Part shown: piece after piece, positions 39,733-49,600 of the stretch
Position numbering within the stretch: position 1 is the first letter of the stretch
Layout of the letters: each line of letters begins with the position of its first letter
DNA from: Ferruginibacter sp.
GTDB lineage: Bacteria > Bacteroidota > Bacteroidia > Chitinophagales > Chitinophagaceae
Length of the DNA stretch: 64,000 bases
NCBI GenBank assembly: GCA_965249755.1
Contig: CBDFMT010000004.1
Coordinates: 3,371,312-3,435,311 of the forward strand
Direction: 5' to 3'
The notes under the pieces: generated by a model
What the model was told of the DNA's origin: nothing
The model's database searches: none
What the model saw: the letters and a program-made list of their open reading frames with translations, nothing else
Made by a program: the position numbers and the translations under genes

Positions 39733-39947
39733 CCCCCACTGGCGCAGGAATGAGGCGGGGGCAATGTGGCAAGGGTTTCCTGTGCCTTGCATACTGTAGC
39801 AAATTAAAAAAAGTAATCCCCCTATTGGCGCAAGTAACCTCGTTTGGTTCAAGCATGTCGGGAGGGTTAAGTGCGTTGGCATACTTGTGCCGTACAACAA
39901 AAAGCCCTGGCAAATTTTTGTACAGTCAATGCCGCAAACAAAATAAT
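39733..39947 (+). repeat. REP-like hairpin cluster B (left flank of RAYT)
   Basis: 39733-39842 is an identical 110-bp copy of 42392-42501; 39838-39947 is a near-identical copy of 43747-43856. Confidence 0.85.
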
Positions 39948-40009
39948 ATGCAATTTAAAAGTTGTACAATTTGGTAAAAAGGGCATCAGCATTTTTGAAG
40001 CTTTAAACC

Positions 40010-40568
40010 GTAGGCCGTAAATATAAATTTTGGGATAGCAACAAAATGTACTTCATCAGTTTTGCCGTTATAAACCGGATAGGGTTTGTTTACCAGAAAT
40101 GAGTATAAGACGAACTGATAAAAAGCTGGCTGCATTGCCAGCAAACGAAAGGGCTTACAATATATGCCTGGTGTATAATGCCAAGCCATATTCACATGGT
40201 TATAAGCAGTAAGGATAAGCTTTTGGAAGATATTGTAAGGGACAGGAAAAGCCATACTTCATCGGTATTAAAAAAGCTGCTAAAAGAACATCCGCAGGAA
40301 AACAGAAAAGAATGGATAGTATGGATGATGGAACGGGCAGGTAAAAAGAAACAGTAATATATTAACTGGTCCCGAAGGCTTTCGGGAGCAACAGCATAAC
40401 CAGCCTATTGAAATATTAAATCGGAAGATGTATGCAGAGATGATGTTGTACATCCATCAAAACCCTGTAGCGGGCGGCTTAGTGTACGAAGCCGAACAAT
40501 GGATTTACAGCAGTGCAAAACACTATGCAAAAAACGATGGTATCATTAAACTGGCTGAATTTAACTAA
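40010..40568 (+). pseudogene. REP-associated tyrosine transposase (RAYT, IS200-like Y1 HUH) pseudogene
   Basis: Not in ORF track. Spliced across frameshifts: GRKYKFWDSNKMYFISFAVIN..LFTRNEYK-DELIKSWLHCQQTKGLTIYAWCIMPSHIHMVISSKDKLLEDIVRD...QENRKEWIVWMMERAGKK..QQHNQPIEI...YIHQNPVAGGLV...WIYSSAKHY. Contains HUH (HIH), Y..NP and YSSA motifs. Confidence 0.85.
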
Positions 40569-40595
40569 CCTACATGTTACATTACAAACCAAAGA

Positions 40596-40642
40596 GGCAC
40601 AAGGATGCCAACGCACTTTAGCTGCCCGACAACCTTGCGCCA
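40596..40642 (-). repeat. REP-like hairpin in inverted orientation (right flank of RAYT)
   Basis: Reverse complement reads TGGCGCAAGGTTGTCGGGCAGCTAAAGTGCGTTGGCATCCTTGTGCC, the same unit as 39351-39395. Confidence 0.85.
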
Positions 40643-40803
40643 ATAAGGGGGCGTAGCCTGTAAAGCGATGAGGATGATTTTTTTCTTTCAACTGAAAACA
40701 ACTGAAAAAAAAGCTGCTATCTTAGGGGCTGCGGACAGCAAAAGTTCTTTGATTAAAGCAGGTGCAAGCGGTTTTAAAATGTTGGAAAAATCAAGGTTCG
40801 GGG

Positions 40804-41915
40804 GCATATCGTTATGGATTTAACGGACAAGAAAAATCGGACGAAATTAGTGGCGAAGGTAATGCGTATAACTTCGATGCAAGGATGTATGGATCCAAGG
40901 ATAGGCAAGTGGTTTTCAACAGACCCTAATAGCAAAGCTTTTTCCAGTCCATATAATTATGTACAGAATAACCCTGTAAACAGGATTGACCCTGACGGTA
41001 AGGACGACATCCATTTTTATTTCGTTACCAATACGGCTTCTAAGACTTATGGGATAGGTGTAAGCCAAAGAACGGTAACCCATGTAACCCATTCGAGTTT
41101 TGTATACATAGAAAAAAATGCAGGCCCTGACAGGTTTTATAATCACAGGGTATCAAACGGAAAAGACAAGACCAAGGAGTTTTACCCTTTTGATTTAAGT
41201 AGTCGTACCGGCATTACTCAAAGCTATGCTCCTTTTAGTTTTGGTTTAGTCAGTAGAAATGATAGGGTTGTACATACCCTTGCGAAATATTATGACGCAT
41301 CACCTGCTTTTAAAAATTATTTGGATGCCCGTCTTAAGGACCCGAGAGTAACGGGTACTCAAAACGGAAATGATTACAAGAATACGTTTTTCCCAAACAG
41401 GGCAAATTTCAACTTTTGGAGCACCGTTTCATCAACTGCAGAAACTGCTGCAAATTTGCTGATATTAGCAGGAGGCTCTTTAAGTATTATGTCAAGGACT
41501 GCTTCAGCGGATGCTTTTGCAAGTGGTGGTACCAAATTGATGTCATCTGCTCAAATATCAGAATTTCCGGGAAGTGCAACATTTGGAAAACCTATCGGTA
41601 CATTCAAAATTGAATTAATTGCGCCGACTGCAGAAGTAAATAGTCTATTTTCGCAAGGAATAGGTAGAGCTGAAATTGCTACAAGGCTGGGAATAACAGA
41701 CCCCGCATTTTTAGAAGGTACATTGATACGAATAGATGTGAACCCAAGTACATTAAAGTCATTAAATTTAAGGGCGCCTTACGGGTACAGAAGTTGGAGC
41801 CAATAGCACGTTTGTACCAGGTGGTAAAACTGTTGGAGGGGTTACAGAAGGAGTTGTAAATGGGATTCCTACAAGTGGAGCAGGGGTATCGACATCCACT
41901 ATTCCTAAATTGTGA
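40804..41915 (+). pseudogene. Orphan Rhs C-terminal toxin cassette with two +1 frameshifts
   Basis: Starts at AYRYGFNGQEKSDEISGEGNAYNFDARMY, extra G near 40891, then DPRIGKWFSTDP...NPVNRIDPDG. Extra T near 41780 hides the true end TGTEVGANSTFVPGGKTVGGVTEGVV...PKL (TGA 41913-15). Confidence 0.8.
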
Positions 41916-41934
41916 TATATAGTAACATAAAAAT

Positions 41935-42316
41935 ATGGATAAAAAAAATAGTGATTCTTTTTTAATTCTATGTAAAGAAATTGATTTAGATGGAGTAACT
42001 CCTCCCCCAAATAAATCAAACCGAAATAATGAAAAGTATATAAAACTTATTGCAATTGCAAAAGAATACTTTAAAAATGAAGAATATGATGAATTTGCAG
42101 GGTTCTTTATGGAGGGGCAACATTTTATTCAATTATGGGCGGCTCATTTAATACTTGAGTCATGGAAGTCCAACGGAAGATTTAAAAATTAGGAGCATAA
42201 GTGTAATTAAAAAATATTCTAATAATCCTTTGGCGCCTGAAGTTGCAAAAGAAGAAAGGCAATGGATAAATGAAAATGCAGAAAAGTATAAAGATGTTTT
42301 ATCAAATCTACCTTAA
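41935..42316 (+). pseudogene. Putative immunity gene for Rhs tip 2, one +1 frameshift
   Basis: MDKKNSDSFLILC...WAAHLILE; removing the T near 42160 continues HGSPTEDLKIRSISVIKKYSNNPLAPEVAKEERQWINEN...LP to TAA 42314-16. Confidence 0.6.
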
Positions 42317-42363
42317 GTGCAAAAATATAAATGCCATAGCCACCGGTTGTAAAGAACCAGTGG

Positions 42364-42640
42364 CCTCACCTGGCGCAGGAATGAGGCGGGGCCCCCACTG
42401 GCGCAGGAATGAGGCGGGGGCAATGTGGCAAGGGTTTCCTGTGCCTTGCATACTGTAGCAAATTAAAAAAAGTAATCCCCCTATTGGCGCAAGTAACCTC
42501 GCCCGTCTGGCGCAGGAATGAGGCGGGGGCGATGCGGCAAAGGTTTCCTGTGCCTTGCCCACTATAACAAATTAAAAATTAGTAAAACCCCCGATAAAAA
42601 TCGGCGCAGGCTACCAGTAGTAAAAATCTGCTGGTTTTTT
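42364..42640 (+). repeat. REP-like hairpin cluster C (four TGGCGCA heads, two truncated, plus a mini-palindrome)
   Basis: TGGCGCA at 42371, 42399, 42485 and 42508; CCCCGATAAAAATCGG near 42589-42604. Confidence 0.85.
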
Positions 42641-42968
42641 TATGTTACAACGCTTTTAATAAGGTTTTGAATTTCTTTATCGGAGAGATTATCAATATCG
42701 CCTTTGTTGTAGATGGAAAAAAGCAGTACGGTGGTAGCAGTAATTTTTACAAAAGACAACACCCTGGCACCACCAGACTTGCCTTTGTTTTTAGAAGCAA
42801 TAGCCAGGCGTATTTATAAATATCGTTGCCCAGCGGTGTACCCATGGTAGGGTTTGTTTCCAGTTCGGTAAACAGTGCAGCAAGTTCCTGCTTTAAAAAA
42901 GGGAATTTTTTAATAAGCTTTTTGGCTTCCTTTTTAAAGTTGGCAGAAAGTTCAATTTTATAACTCAT
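42640..42968 (-). pseudogene. RelE/ParE-family type II toxin, -1 frameshift
   Basis: MSYKIELSANFKKEAKKLIKKFP.LK..L..L...P.MG.PLGNDIYK; adding one A near 42812 restores IRLAIASKNKGKSGGARV...LFSIYNKGDIDNLSDKEI to the stop at 42640. Confidence 0.82.
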
Positions 42969-43173
42969 TCAAAAAATCTTTAGCAGGGGTGGTTTTTAAT
43001 TTTCCTTTTTTAAAAAGTTTTACTTCCTGCAGCCCGGCTTTTATGTTTTGTAAAACCTGCTCTTTGGCAAGTTCGTCAGCAGCTTCAATTTTTTTTACAA
43101 ATTGTAAACTCTTGGCCAGCTCTATAAAAAACGGGTAGTTGCTATCGGGTATGTGTAAGGTAACCTGTTTCAT
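42958..43173 (-). CDS. Putative antitoxin partner of the RelE-like gene
   Basis: 71 aa, MKQVTLHIPD..YPFFIEL...KDFLNEL; overlaps the toxin start by 11 nt. Confidence 0.65.
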   Translation of the reverse strand: MKQVTLHIPDSNYPFFIELAKSLQFVKKIEAADELAKEQVLQNIKAGLQEVKLFKKGKLKTTPAKDFLNEL

Positions 43174-43200
43174 TATTTTTATTTTAAAAGCGTTTTCAAT

Positions 43201-43575
43201 TTATACGGCATAAGCTTGTTTAGCCCTGTAATCCCTGACATAAGCAGAGATGATTTTTATAAGAACGCCTTGTTCTTCTTCAGGCAACGTATCTACTTCT
43301 TTAAAGCGTTGTATCAGTTCAGAATTTTTTAATGAGGCTTTAGCCTTCTCATTCTTATCACCACTAATCAAATAATCAACAGAGGTTCCAAGAGCATCAG
43401 CCAGCTTATTCATAATGTTGGCAGGTGGTTGTACATCTTTGGTCTCATAACGAATGTATTGAGATTTAGAAACCCCGATTTTTTCTGCCAGTTCAATCTG
43501 CGTTAACCCTGCCTGCTTCCTTAAAACTTGTACTCTTTCTGCAAATATCTCTTTCGTTTTAGATAATTTTTCCAC
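43201..43575 (-). CDS. XRE-family HTH transcriptional regulator
   Basis: LRKQAGLTQIELAEKIGVSKSQYIRYE...P...L.KLADALGTSVDYL; TACTTTTG box at 43577-84 directly upstream. Confidence 0.88.
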   Translation of the reverse strand: MEKLSKTKEIFAERVQVLRKQAGLTQIELAEKIGVSKSQYIRYETKDVQPPANIMNKLADALGTSVDYLISGDKNEKAKASLKNSELIQRFKEVDTLPEEEQGVLIKIISAYVRDYRAKQAYAV

Positions 43576-43663
43576 ACAAAAGTACCTTATGCAGAACTTA
43601 TTTTTAAGGTTTAAGTGCCTTATTGTGAATAAAATTAAAAATGCGTATTTTATTAGGTGTCAG

Positions 43664-43856
43664 CCTGGCGCAGGGCACTGTCCTGTTGCCCTTTGTTAAT
43701 GCTCTTTGTAAAGGGTGATGTTGCCCAGTATTGGCGCAAGCATGTCCCTCGTTTGGCGCAAGCATGTCGGGAGGGTTAAGTGCGTTGGCATACTTGTGCC
43801 GTACAATAAAAAGCCCTGGCAAATTTTTGTACAGCCAATGCTGCAAATAAAATAAT
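43664..43856 (+). repeat. REP-like hairpin cluster D
   Basis: TGGCGCA at 43666, 43732 (truncated) and 43754; 43747-43856 is near-identical to 39838-39947. Confidence 0.85.
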
Positions 43857-43921
43857 TGCTGATTTAAAACCTGCCCTGCCCCTAAGCTTCCTGCCTTTAC
43901 CAAATGCATTTTGAACCCGGA

Positions 43922-43965
43922 AATTAAAAACCGTAAAGGCAATAGTAACTAATGCCTTTACGGTT
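43922..43965 (-). terminator. Intrinsic terminator of tRNA-Arg
   Basis: 13-bp stem AACCGTAAAGGCA/TGCCTTTACGGTT followed by a T-rich tract on the minus strand. Confidence 0.85.
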
Positions 43966-43968
43966 GGG

Positions 43969-44040
43969 TGGTCCCGACAAGAATCGAACTTGTGTCTAAA
44001 GTTTAGGAAACTTCTATTCTATCCACTGAACTACGGGACC
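43969..44040 (-). tRNA. tRNA-Arg(CCT)
   Basis: GGTCCCG acceptor / CGGGACC-A; D arm GTTC-AGTGGATA-GAAT; anticodon arm GAAGT-TT CCT AA-ACTTT; T arm ACAAG-TTCGATT-CTTGT; CCA not encoded. Confidence 0.96.
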
Positions 44041-44079
44041 GTGTTGCTGTAAGTACCTGGAGCCGGTAAATTTGGATTG

Positions 44080-44087
44080 CAAAAGTA
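44080..44087 (-). promoter_or_regulatory. Bacteroidota sigma-ABfr -7 box (TAnnTTTG) for the tRNA
   Basis: CAAAAGTA = TACTTTTG on the minus strand about 40 nt upstream of the tRNA, with TTG about 20 nt further upstream. Confidence 0.6.
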
Positions 44088-44217
44088 ATGAACAACAGCA
44101 TAGCTTCCAACATTGATTAACCAATGCACCAACTAAATTTCAGCGTTCAGCTACGGTAACCTGGCACCCGTTGTATTTTTCTTACCCTTATCTTTGCCAT
44201 CCAAATTTTTTACTTGT

Positions 44218-44889
44218 ATGAAGTGGTTAACTATTGTAATTAAATACCGGCTTTGGCTTGGCATAGCCTTATTGGCACTGGCCATTTTTACCAATGTGCA
44301 GGCAGGTTTTTGGCCGTCTTTTGTTTTATATCTTGCTGCGGTGGTGTTAATTGTAGGCCATTTTATTTTTGGCCCGATGCGGCTGATACAAGAGTGTATG
44401 GAAAGCGGCGATATGGAAGGGGCCAAAAAAGTGTTGAACGATATTTGGTTTCCGGCACTGCTTATCAAACCAATCAGGTCGGTTTATTATACCGTTAAAG
44501 GTAACCTTGATATGGCCGACCAGAATTATGAAAGTGCCGAGAAAAATTTAAAAATGAGCCAGTCGCTTATGGGCAGCGGGGGTATTTTAGGCGATCAGAT
44601 GAAGCAGGCGGAAGGTGCAAACAAATTGCAATTGGGCATGCTGGCCATGCAAAAAGGGGATATGAAACAAGCGGAAAGCTATATCCGTGGCGCCATACGC
44701 TCCGGGTTGCCCGATAAGGAAAACCAGGCTGCGGCTTATTTACAACTTTCTTCCATCATGATCAATAAAAGGGAGTTCAGGGCGGGCAAAGAATATTTTA
44801 AAAAAGCGAAGGGGTTTAAACCCACCACCCCACAAATAGCCGATCAGATAAAGCAAATGGAAAAGTATATTACCAGGATGCCCGGTTAA
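44218..44889 (+). CDS. Membrane-anchored TPR-repeat protein
   Basis: Two N-terminal TM helices then helical TPR-like repeats. Likely start ATG 44218, preceded by a TATCTTTG box at 44189-96. Confidence 0.65.
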   Translation: MKWLTIVIKYRLWLGIALLALAIFTNVQAGFWPSFVLYLAAVVLIVGHFIFGPMRLIQECMESGDMEGAKKVLNDIWFPALLIKPIRSVYYTVKGNLDMADQNYESAEKNLKMSQSLMGSGGILGDQMKQAEGANKLQLGMLAMQKGDMKQAESYIRGAIRSGLPDKENQAAAYLQLSSIMINKREFRAGKEYFKKAKGFKPTTPQIADQIKQMEKYITRMPG

Positions 44890-44969
44890 CGGCACCTGCT
44901 AAACCAATACACAAGGCTAACCAGTGCTTTCACCCTGTGCCCTGTGTATTGGGTTGCCCGGTCACAAAA

Positions 44970-45770
44970 TCATTCTACTAATCGTATAGTCCAAAAATCA
45001 TCACACAAATGGGGGTTGGTAATATAGGCATACGGCATCCAGAAATAACCTTTAAGGCCCCAGCCTGTTCCCCAACTGTTTCTTATTAAAACCAACTGCT
45101 TTTTTTCATCGTAGCCCACCGCAAGTATGGCGTGGCCTCCAATTACTTTTTCCTTGCTGAAATCAGGCATGGGCATAACGCCGCTTTTTGCCACCGCCGG
45201 TGTCATAAAACTTTCATATACCGTAAAACCAAAAGCAAAGGGATAGCCTTCTGACAGGCAGCCCTTTAAATTATTAATACTGCTGTTTACAAGGCGCTGG
45301 TAACTGGTAACCTGGCATTGCAATGCATGTGTATAGCAGGATGCTGGCGGCTTTTGAGAAAATTTTGCACCAGGTGTACCACTATCATCATAGGTCCATT
45401 CGGTTTCTTTACATACCCCGTCTTTGTTCAACGATTTTATACCATCACGCAGAAAGGCACCACTGTCGCTGGCCTGCGTATGTATGGCCACCCTCTCATT
45501 GTAATACAGAAAAAGACGGCTGGGCATAAAGTCTTTTTTACCTTGCTTTTTAGTTCCAAATTCAAATGCGCCACCCAATGCATGGGCGGTGCAACTGCCA
45601 AGGGCACCCTGGTTATACACCGGCGGGCAGCCCGGCCTCAGATCAACCTTGGCCGGCATTTTCAACATTAATTTTAAAGGCGCTGCGTAAGTAAAGTCCC
45701 GTACGTCGGGCAGGTCGGGCAGCCAGCCCATTTTAAATCCTGGTTTTGGTGTGCTTGTTTTCTTTGCCAT
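44970..45770 (-). CDS. C1A papain-like cysteine peptidase, no signal peptide
   Basis: GWLPDLPD.RD, NQGALGSCTAHA (Gln/Cys), GGHAILAVGY (His), IRNSWG (Asn). Confidence 0.92.
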   Translation of the reverse strand: MAKKTSTPKPGFKMGWLPDLPDVRDFTYAAPLKLMLKMPAKVDLRPGCPPVYNQGALGSCTAHALGGAFEFGTKKQGKKDFMPSRLFLYYNERVAIHTQASDSGAFLRDGIKSLNKDGVCKETEWTYDDSGTPGAKFSQKPPASCYTHALQCQVTSYQRLVNSSINNLKGCLSEGYPFAFGFTVYESFMTPAVAKSGVMPMPDFSKEKVIGGHAILAVGYDEKKQLVLIRNSWGTGWGLKGYFWMPYAYITNPHLCDDFWTIRLVE

Positions 45771-46048
45771 TTTTATCGGTTTATTATTAAAAAAAATCCG
45801 TTGCCATATTGATCATAAGTTAGCCTGAATAAAAAAACAGGCTGCCAGACAATACGATTTTTCTTATAGCCGAAAAAGTAAAAGAGTGTATAAAAACTGT
45901 GGAGAATAAAAACTGGTACAAGATATAAACACTTGCAGCCATTGTCAATACCCTTAAGTGGTATATTTTAAATTAAACAAAAAGCTGCACTGGCAACAAT
46001 TAAAAAACCGGCATAATACCGGTAACAAAAAAATACGGATAAAAAAAT

Positions 46049-46522
46049 CTAAGCAGGAAACTTTCCAAAAAGGGTTTCTACTTTGGCGTAGCGGTAATTA
46101 AAAATGCCGTTCAGTTGCTTCTTCACAAACAGGGTATTGGCAATATCGCCTAAAAACCAAAAAGGCATTTTGTAGTGTACGATGTCCGTCATTTCAACAC
46201 CGCCATTAACTGTCTTAAAATGATGCTGATGGTGCCATAAACTGTAAGGCCCAAAACGCTGTTCATCTACAAAATATTTTTTATCTGCCACATGCGTAAT
46301 CTCTGTCATCCAGTACAAAGGTATGCCCAGCAAGGGTTTTACGGTATATTCAATAATCTGGCCGGGGTACATTACATCACCATGGTATTTGGAAACAATA
46401 TTAAAACCCATATCGGCCGGTGTAATTTCCTGCAGGTTTTTTGGGCTGCTAAAAAACTCCCAGGCAGTGTCAAGGCTAATGGGTAACTGCTGCACGGTTT
46501 TTAAAGCGTATACTTTGCTCAT
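46049..46522 (-). CDS. SRPBCC (START/RHO/CoxG) family protein
   Basis: LPISLDTAWEFFSSPKNL..ITP, W.TEITHV, FVDEQRFGPY..WHHQH.F. Confidence 0.85.
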   Translation of the reverse strand: MSKVYALKTVQQLPISLDTAWEFFSSPKNLQEITPADMGFNIVSKYHGDVMYPGQIIEYTVKPLLGIPLYWMTEITHVADKKYFVDEQRFGPYSLWHHQHHFKTVNGGVEMTDIVHYKMPFWFLGDIANTLFVKKQLNGIFNYRYAKVETLFGKFPA

Positions 46523-46669
46523 ATTTATTTTTTACGTACAACAACAAACCATGTAATTTGTTTTTTTGGGTAGATGACCGGCCGCTAAAATAATGTAATA
46601 ACAGGCAGATGCTTTACATTCACTGCCGGTTATTTTAAACCATCCGGCATTACCATTAATTAAAGTTTT

Positions 46670-49600
46670 ATGCAAACCTATCAGCAGCAATTACAAAATA
46701 AATTTAACGAGGAGTATAAAAAATTAAACAACTTTCAGCGGCAGGCGGTTGATGCTATTGAAGGCCCGGTAATGGTGATAGCAGGCCCTGGCACAGGTAA
46801 AACACAAATACTTGCAGCAAGGATCGGCAAAATTTTATTGGATACAGATGCATTGCCAGAAAATATCCTTTGCCTTACTTATACGGATGCAGGCGCCATT
46901 GCCATGCGCAGGAGGCTGCAACAATTCATCGGGCCGGATGCCTACAAAGTAAACATCTACACCTTTCATGCTTTTTGTAATGATGTTATACAAGATAACC
47001 TTCGCCTGTTTGAAAAGAATGCTTTGGATGCCATTTCGGAACTTGAAAATATACAGTTATTTAAAACGCTTATCGACAGTTTTAAAAAAGACCATCCGCT
47101 AAAGCGTTACCGGGGCGATGTTTATTATGAAATCAACAACCTGCAGCATTTGTTCAGCAACATGAAAAGGGAGGGCTGGTTACCGGCTTTTATCAGCGAA
47201 AAAATTGACGGGTACATACAAGGCCTTCCATTTAGGGATGAGTTTGTGTACAAAAGAAAATACCGGCAGTTTAATGCAGGCGACCTTAAACAAGAAAAGA
47301 TTGATGAAGAAAAAGAACGGGTAGAAAAACTGCGTGCTGCCGTAAACGAGTTTGATAATTACCAGCAGTTAATGCGCCAAAAAAACCGTTACGATTTTGA
47401 TGATATGATTAATTGGGTGATTAAAGTTTTTGAAGAACATCCGGGTGTGCTTGCCGGGTACCAGGAAAAATTCCGGTATATTTTGGTGGATGAATTTCAG
47501 GATACCAGCGGTACACAAAACAAGCTTGTGCAATTGCTGATCAATTATTGGAGCAGCCCAAACATATTTGTGGTAGGGGATGATGACCAAAGCATTTACC
47601 GTTTTCAGGGTGCCAATGTAGAAAATATGCTGGGCTTTGCAGCCAGCTATGTGGACGTTTTACAAACCGTGGTGCTAACCAATAATTATAGAAGCACACA
47701 AGCCATTTTAGACATTTCAAAAACACTGATTGATAAAAACCAGGACAGGCTGGTGAAGCAATTGGAAGGGCTTAGTAAAGATTTGGTTTCCTCATCGGTA
47801 GCGCTGAAAGGCATACTGCACCAACCGGTAGTTACAGAATATAATTCAGTAGCAGATGAGATGGCATCGCTTACCACACAAATTACGGGGCTGTTGCAAC
47901 AAGGCATAGTGCCGGGAAAAATTGGGGTTATTTACAAAGAAAATAAATATGGCGAAGAGCTTGCAGGTTATCTCCGTTTAAAGAAAGTACCCGTTTTTAG
48001 CAAACGGTCTTTAAATATCCTGGAACATCCGTTTACCAAAAAAATTATAAACCTTTTGCGCTACCTGGATGCGGAGCATGACATACCCTATGGCGGCGAT
48101 AAAATGCTGTTTGAAATTTTGCACTATGATTTTTATACCATACCGCCCATCGAAATTGCCAAACTCACGGTGGAGGTGAATAAAAAAACGTATGGCAGCG
48201 AACCCACTTCTATACGTAAATTATTGTACGATAAAGCCAATGCCCCTGCCAAGGATTTATTTGATACAGGCATTAATGAAAACCTTAAAAACTTTAGCGG
48301 CATTATTGAGCAATTGATTGCAGAAGTATCCAACGTAACCTTGCAACAGTTGTTTGGAACAATTATTAATACAGCAGGTGTGCTTACTTATATTATGCAA
48401 AGCGATGATAAAGTAGTACTGATGCAATTGCTTACCAAACTGTTTGATTTTATAAAAGAAGAAACTGCACGCAACCCTTTTATGCAGTTGGCCGAGCTGA
48501 TAAAAATAATTAACCTGATGGAGAAGGAAGGCTTAAAACTGCCGTTCACACAGGTTTCTGGCAGCGATAAGGGGGTAAACCTTTTAACAGCGCATGGCAG
48601 TAAGGGGCTGGAGTTTGAGCATGTTTTTTTTGCAGGCACCAACGCATCAAGCTGGGAGAAAAAACGTAAACCTTCGGGTGGTTATAAAATGCCGGATACT
48701 ATTTTTTCTTCTCTGCCCAATAACCAAAATGAAGAAGAAGAATTAAGAAGGTTATTTTATGTGGCCTTAACAAGGGCCGAAAAGCACCTGCATATTTCTT
48801 ATGCAAAACATAAAAATGATGGTAAGGAAATGGAGCCTTCCATGTTCCTTGCAGAAATTTTAAGCCACCACCTTTTGCCGGTACAAAAGGTTACCGTAAC
48901 GGAAGAGGAGATGATGGTTTTTCAACAATTACAATTTACCGCACAGGCACCCCAAATAGAAAAAAGCGAAGATGATTTTATAACTGCTTTGCTCGACAAA
49001 TTTGTAATGAACGTTACGGCGTTAAGCGCTTATCTTGATTGTCCGCTTGGTTTTTATTATAAAAACTTAATCCGCATACCGGCAGGTAAAAGCGAAACGC
49101 TGGAGTTTGGCAGCGCCATCCACTTTGCTCTGGAAAAATTATTTACCAGGATGCAGGCCCACCCTGAAAATGCGTTTCCCCCTAAAGAAACCATGGTGGC
49201 CGATTTCAGTAATTACCTCAACAAGCACCGTGAAAATTTTACCCAGGAAGAATTTAACCGCCGCATGGAACAGGGCAGTATTGTATTGCCGGAGTACTAC
49301 GAAAAATATGTAGATGGCTGGAACAAAATTGTTGCAATAGAAAGAAATATTAAAGGCGTTGTGGTTAATGGCGTACCGCTAAAAGGCAAGCTCGACAAAC
49401 TTGAATTTAATGGCAAAGAAATAAATGTAGTGGATTATAAAAGTGGAAATGTAGATAACGCCCTGCCCAAGTTAAAAGGCCCGGGTGATAAAGAGCCTAA
49501 TGGTGGCGACTATTGGCGGCAGGCCGTGTTTTATAAAATTCTGGTGGACAATTATGAGCAAAAAGGCTGGCAGGTTATCAGTACAGAATTTGATTTTGTA

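Noticed and set aside
39986-40255. Track ORF on the minus strand (89 aa), also 40479-40691
   Set aside because: Antisense shadows of the plus-strand RAYT pseudogene.
40366-40375. TGGTCCCGA matches the tRNA-Arg 3' end (43969-43977) as a possible attL
   Set aside because: Only 9 nt, inside the RAYT pseudogene and explained by the mini-palindrome; chance is sufficient.
39341-43856. TGGCGCA repeats as a CRISPR array
   Set aside because: Unit length and spacing are irregular, the repeats are long hairpins in several subtypes, there are no cas genes, and a RAYT gene is present.
44904-44952. CCAATACACA/TGTGTATTGG inverted repeat between convergent genes
   Set aside because: The loop is long (over 20 nt) and there is no U-tract; at most an ordinary bidirectional terminator.
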